A stretch of 64,000 nucleotides of DNA from the human T2T-CHM13v2.0 reference genome, Homo sapiens. Below, piece after piece: positions 58,225 through 64,000 of the stretch. The translations under genes were made by a program, and so were the position numbers. Location of the stretch: the NCBI RefSeq assembly GCF_009914755.1, contig NC_060933.1; one strand, 5' to 3'. Numbering within the stretch: position 1 is the stretch's first letter; each line of letters opens with the position of its first letter. The notes under the pieces were generated by a model. It made no database searches. It was not told the origin of the DNA and saw nothing but the letters and a program-made list of their open reading frames with translations.

Positions 58225-61200
58225 TTAAAAATAAAATAAATGTTTGATGACAAATGACCACGTTAATGGGTGATTAAGTGGATGGATAAAGTGAGTACAT
58301 GCATTCAAGCCCTCCTTGTCAACCCTGGTGTCCCAAGGACACATCAACTGGTCAGATTGGCTGTAGACTGAGCTGGTGGTGTCAATGACTATAGTGTAGG
58401 TTGAGAGCTTCATTGTTTGGGCTTCACGGGCAGGAAGGTTCAACATGACTGTTTCCCTTTTGGTTTGGGATAAAAAGCAAGCACTGTTAAGTGCCAGAAC
58501 AATGGAGAATCATCCACAGGTGCGCCTGGCATACGCATTTGCAGAGAAACTGAAAACTAGATTACATCATGGTATCATGAAAAGAATGTTAATCTAAAAT
58601 GTTGAGGGGCAAAACATAGACACAAATCTTCACTGTCATGAACCACCTTTTCTAGAATAGTCTTCTAAAGTTCATTTATAACATGAAAATAATAACAGAC
58701 CTATTTCAAAGGGTAGTCATGGAGGTTCAATGAGAAAATAAAAATCAAATGTAAGGTATATACACTCAAAAAAGGTATGATAGACATTCAATGAGTGTTG
58801 GCTACTATTATGTTCATTTGCTAAAATTCAAATTATTCAAGGTATTGACTAGCACCATGCTATGAATACAATAAGCATCAAGTTATCCTTTTGAAGGAAT
58901 ACAAGAAGACAATAATAAACAACCAAAGCTTAGTTGTAGCATCTTACCTGTTTTCCTGTTTCCACCACTAGGCGACACCACTGACCTGTAATAACCCACT
59001 CTTCTCCAACAGGCTCAGCACAGCCATCCTTAGCAATCATGTCAATTAAGCAACAGTAAAAGAGATGTCTATCCTACACAGTAACTATCCTAAATTATTC
59101 CTTTGTTTGACTCTCCTTATTTCTCTGAGTTGCCACTGGCTATGTGGTATAAATTTGTTTTTTCATTTTAGCGTGTACTAAAAAAAAAGTCTTTGTTACT
59201 TAGGGAACCAATTCAGTATTGACCATGGATGGGAAACAGGCACTCTAACACAAATGTAGTCCACTGTTTCACTTTTATATAGATTTCTCTGTCACAAGAA
59301 AAGGGAACAATTTTCCTCTAGTTTCACAGCCTGCTTTTCTATGACAGGTTGATACAATGTAGTAATTAACCATTAAAATATTGCATATGATTCTCAGGAG
59401 TGTTACAGACAAACTAATTTAAACCAAGGTCAGGTCCCCAAATCAGCAAAATAACTCTGAAGGGAGGGGAGAGAGAATATAAATGAGAAGAAGTAAGCAA
59501 CAGCTGCTATTAAAAGTAACACTAGGCAGCTAAAACTGGTCTGAGCACATTCCTAAAAATGTAATTAGCCAAATCCTTCCAGAAATTAAACCATCAAAAT
59601 GACATTATAGTACACTTTAAAAATGTATTTACAGAGTGAAAGAGCAGTCATCCTAGCATATCACTATGTCCTGAGGGTTTCCCTTCTCATAAAGAAAAAT
59701 GTAGACAGAATTAGATATTGTGCTATGAAGAAAGTTCCAAGTGTCACATATATTTTGTAAAAAGCTACGTCTTAATTCCCTCAGCAGTGCTAAAGTTGAG
59801 AATGAATTAAATCAATAGGCTGGTTTCTGGTTTCTTTGCCCAATTATGGGATGACTAAAATGACTAGAACAAAAGTCTACCAATGACTTTTCCAGATACC
59901 AACAGTTATTGGTATCTGGTATCAAAGGCAATGAATGAAGATAGAGGTGCTGAACTCTGCCAGTGTCGTGGAGCTTGTTTCTCAGAAAGCCAGACATTGA
60001 GACCTCATTTCCTTCATGAGTAAAAGGCCAACTTATCTCCTCCTGCTCAAGGATTTCAATTTCTAGACTTTCTGAAGGTCTAGAAACATACAAATTTTAT
60101 TTATATAAGGTGCAGTGATGCATAAATTTATTCAAAAATGCTTTCTGACAATATGCCCATGCCCTCAAAGGTGACTGTGAACTTAAAAGAGAAGTCTTAA
60201 ATAAGGAGCCAGAGGTGCCAGAAATACCCAATTTAAAGGGAAAGCCTTAGGCATTTTGGTGACATATGGAAAGACTTTTTCATAGCTTTTTAACCTGCAT
60301 TACGAAGTTACTAGAAGGCAGTACAGTACTACCTAGGCAGAAGAAGTAGCCGTGAAGAATGGCGCTGTAGTTGCTGAAAAGGAGCATGTGGACATACGGA
60401 AGAGGAAAAAGCTGTGCAAAGTGTACTAAGAAAAGGAAAGAGGGGAAGTGATCAAACTGACATGGAAAATCCATGATGTTGTCCAGATGGTATTATCAGA
60501 ACTCACGGGTATAGTCCAGGATGGTGAAAGCTCGGGAGGAAAATGATAATCCAGGATGCATCATTGCAGAGAGCAAGCTCTGTGTCTCTAGCCGAATAGA
60601 AGAGAGCAGAGAGCTGGGAAGACAGGGCTTCCAAGGCATGAGCCTAAGTCCCCAGCATGCATGATGACCAACAAAGGGAGGCTATGGTGGCTGTGATGTT
60701 TTGTGTCCAAAAAGAAAAGAATCTAAAGACTAATTATTTAATTTTATTTGTCCTTTAAACACAACCTGTTATCTTAGCTGCAGGGTGGCCCTACTTTCTC
60801 TTAATCTGAATTAAAATGGTTAACTATTGGAATACAATACCATTGGCCAAAGTACATGAAACCAACTAAGTAAATTATGAATCAGAAATCAAGGTTCTAC
60901 TTTCTTCTTGATTGTTAAATAAATCACAATTCCTTTGTTTTGCATTTTAAAAAAAACTATGAGCACTTCTACTACGATATCTCACAAAGAGATATACTTC
61001 GACTACACACAAATGATTGGCATGCTAAAATTCTAGCGACCTTATGCTTATGCCCAACACCACATAAATTGTACACTAACAGCCCCTGTATATGCCAGAC
61101 TGTGGTAGGCAAATAACAGAAGGATTTATAGAAGAGAATGTGACCGGAAGCAATTTTCTCTTGATGGCCACCTTCAGCTCCATCCCTCCCCAGATGCACA

Positions 61201-61237
61201 TGTGTCTCTGCACAGCAAGAACTGGAGTCTAATTTCG

Positions 61238-62629
<1,392 letters not shown>

Positions 62630-62689
62630 CTGATTCCCCTTATAATCAATCTGGGCTGGTCTTCGGGACTCACATGAATAACAGAATAT

Positions 62690-63015
62690 GCTGGTAGTGA
62701 TATTCTGAGACACTTGAGGTTAGGTCACAAGAAGAATTGCAGCTTCCATCTGAGTCTCTTAGAAAACATGTGGCACTCTCTTGTGGCACTCTTTTAGAAC
62801 CTAAGTGTTATGCTCTGAGGAGCCCAAGCCAGGTGACAAGTACCAATTGAGTTCCCAGTTGACAACCATCTGAACACAACTGCAGGAGACACTCTGAGCA
62901 AGAACCCCTCAGCCAAGCCCCCTAAAAACCCATAAAGCTATGAGAGATAATGATATGTGGTTTTAAGCCTCTAGGTTTTGGGGGTGACCTGCTACACAGC
63001 AATAGATAACTGAAA
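62690..63015 (+). mobile_element. MLT1 LTR relic
   Basis: gaggttaggtcacaagaag...gttttaagcctctaggttttggggg...acagcaatagataactg. Confidence 0.72.
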
Positions 63016-63714
63016 CACCATTTTATTCTGGGGAGGAGACAGTGAAGGGGTAGCTAATTGGGCCCAATGCATCAAGATCCCAGGAATCCAAGGTTGGGGT
63101 ATTGCAGTCCTGGTTTATTCCATGCCTTTAGTGCAAAAACACACATGCAGGCATGTTGGGGGTGGGGGACTTAATGAAAAGGGAAATGGTTATGAATAAT
63201 ATATGTCCACATTTGCATATAAATCTGCATCACCTAACACTTTTCTTTACATGTATCAAATAAAATACCACCTAATGAAACACTAACTGTACCTATTTCA
63301 CTCACTACGAGCCAACCGTATTTGGGCTTCCTAAAATGGCATGCATCTCCTCCCATAGTTTTCCTCCTTTCTAGATCAAGCCAAATAACTGTATTTGTGG
63401 CTAGAGTCACTAAAGTTCCCTGCAGCCTGTTGATGAAGTCGTATCCTCATCATACCTTATTTCACTGTTTCATTCCCATTTCACAGTTGCCAAGGAGAGT
63501 CAGTGGAGATTTCTGGGACCTGAAGAGGGTTTATATCTGGGGAGGATCTATGTTTCATATACCCCCGCCCCAATCTTCTCTACCTGCTCTGTGTGAATAC
63601 ATTTTTATCAGAGTGTTTCAGGAGAGGAGGAAGATCCAGAGCACCACCCTATGCCAAAGAAAGCATGAATGCAGAATGTGTAACTTCATGATGGCTAAAC
63701 CTTGGATCCCTGCT

Positions 63715-64000
63715 TGTCTGAGTCCATACAGGCTGCAATAACAAAACACCTTAGACTGGGTAATGTATAAGTAATAGACATTTATTTCTTATAGTTCTAG
63801 AGGCTGGGAGAAATCCAAGATCAAGGAGCCGGTGGAACTGGTGTCTGGTGAGAGCCTGTTCCTCATAAATGGCACCTTCTCACCGCATATTCACATGGCA
63901 AAAGGGACAAACATGTCCCCGCAAGCCGTTTTATAAAGGCACTCATACATTCATGAGAGCAGAATGCTCATGATCCAATCACCTCCCTAGTCCCCTACCT
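63715..64000 (-). mobile_element. MST/MLT1A-type MaLR LTR (runs off the window)
   Basis: ggctgcaataacaaaacaccttagactgggtaat...tccaagatcaagg...tctggtgagagcc. Confidence 0.82.

Noticed and set aside
58941-58990. - strand donor CAG|GTAAGA with a 38-nt mini-exon
   Set aside because: The acceptor has a poor pyrimidine tract, and isolated donors are expected by chance in 64 kb.
63322-63741. 139-aa ORF
   Set aside because: Non-ATG start, no homology recognised, and it ends in a MaLR LTR.

Overview
Human (primate) genomic DNA, rich in Alu, L2, MIR and LTR repeats, with no supportable protein-coding gene. I recognise the prostate-cancer lncRNA PCA3 (DD3) on the + strand: exon 1 12862-12981 (120 nt), exon 2 31114-31278 (165 nt), exon 3 32151-32333 (183 nt) and exon 4 32562-~36017, all with GT-AG boundaries visible in the sequence. 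From established knowledge PCA3 lies antisense inside intron 6 of PRUNE2/BMCC1 (chr9q21), so the window is probably all PRUNE2 intron on the - strand; I see no canonical PRUNE2 exon. Almost all ORFs in the track are repeat-derived or chance. The most interesting observations are: (1) a - strand (PRUNE2-sense) cassette with a YY1/Kozak ATG, 21 codons and a phase-0 GTGAGC donor across the PCA3 intron 3/exon 4 junction, a candidate alternative first exon; (2) an AG|GTGAGA recursive-splice-type acceptor on PCA3 exon 3; (3) inverted Alus bracketing exon 2; (4) a near-perfect 14 x 29 bp palindromic minisatellite downstream of PCA3; (5) a 51-aa smORF that spans the exon 3/4 junction; (6) a PCA3 promoter and 3' end that both derive from LINE relics. 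Repeat subfamily names come from recalled consensus sequences and need RepeatMasker confirmation.
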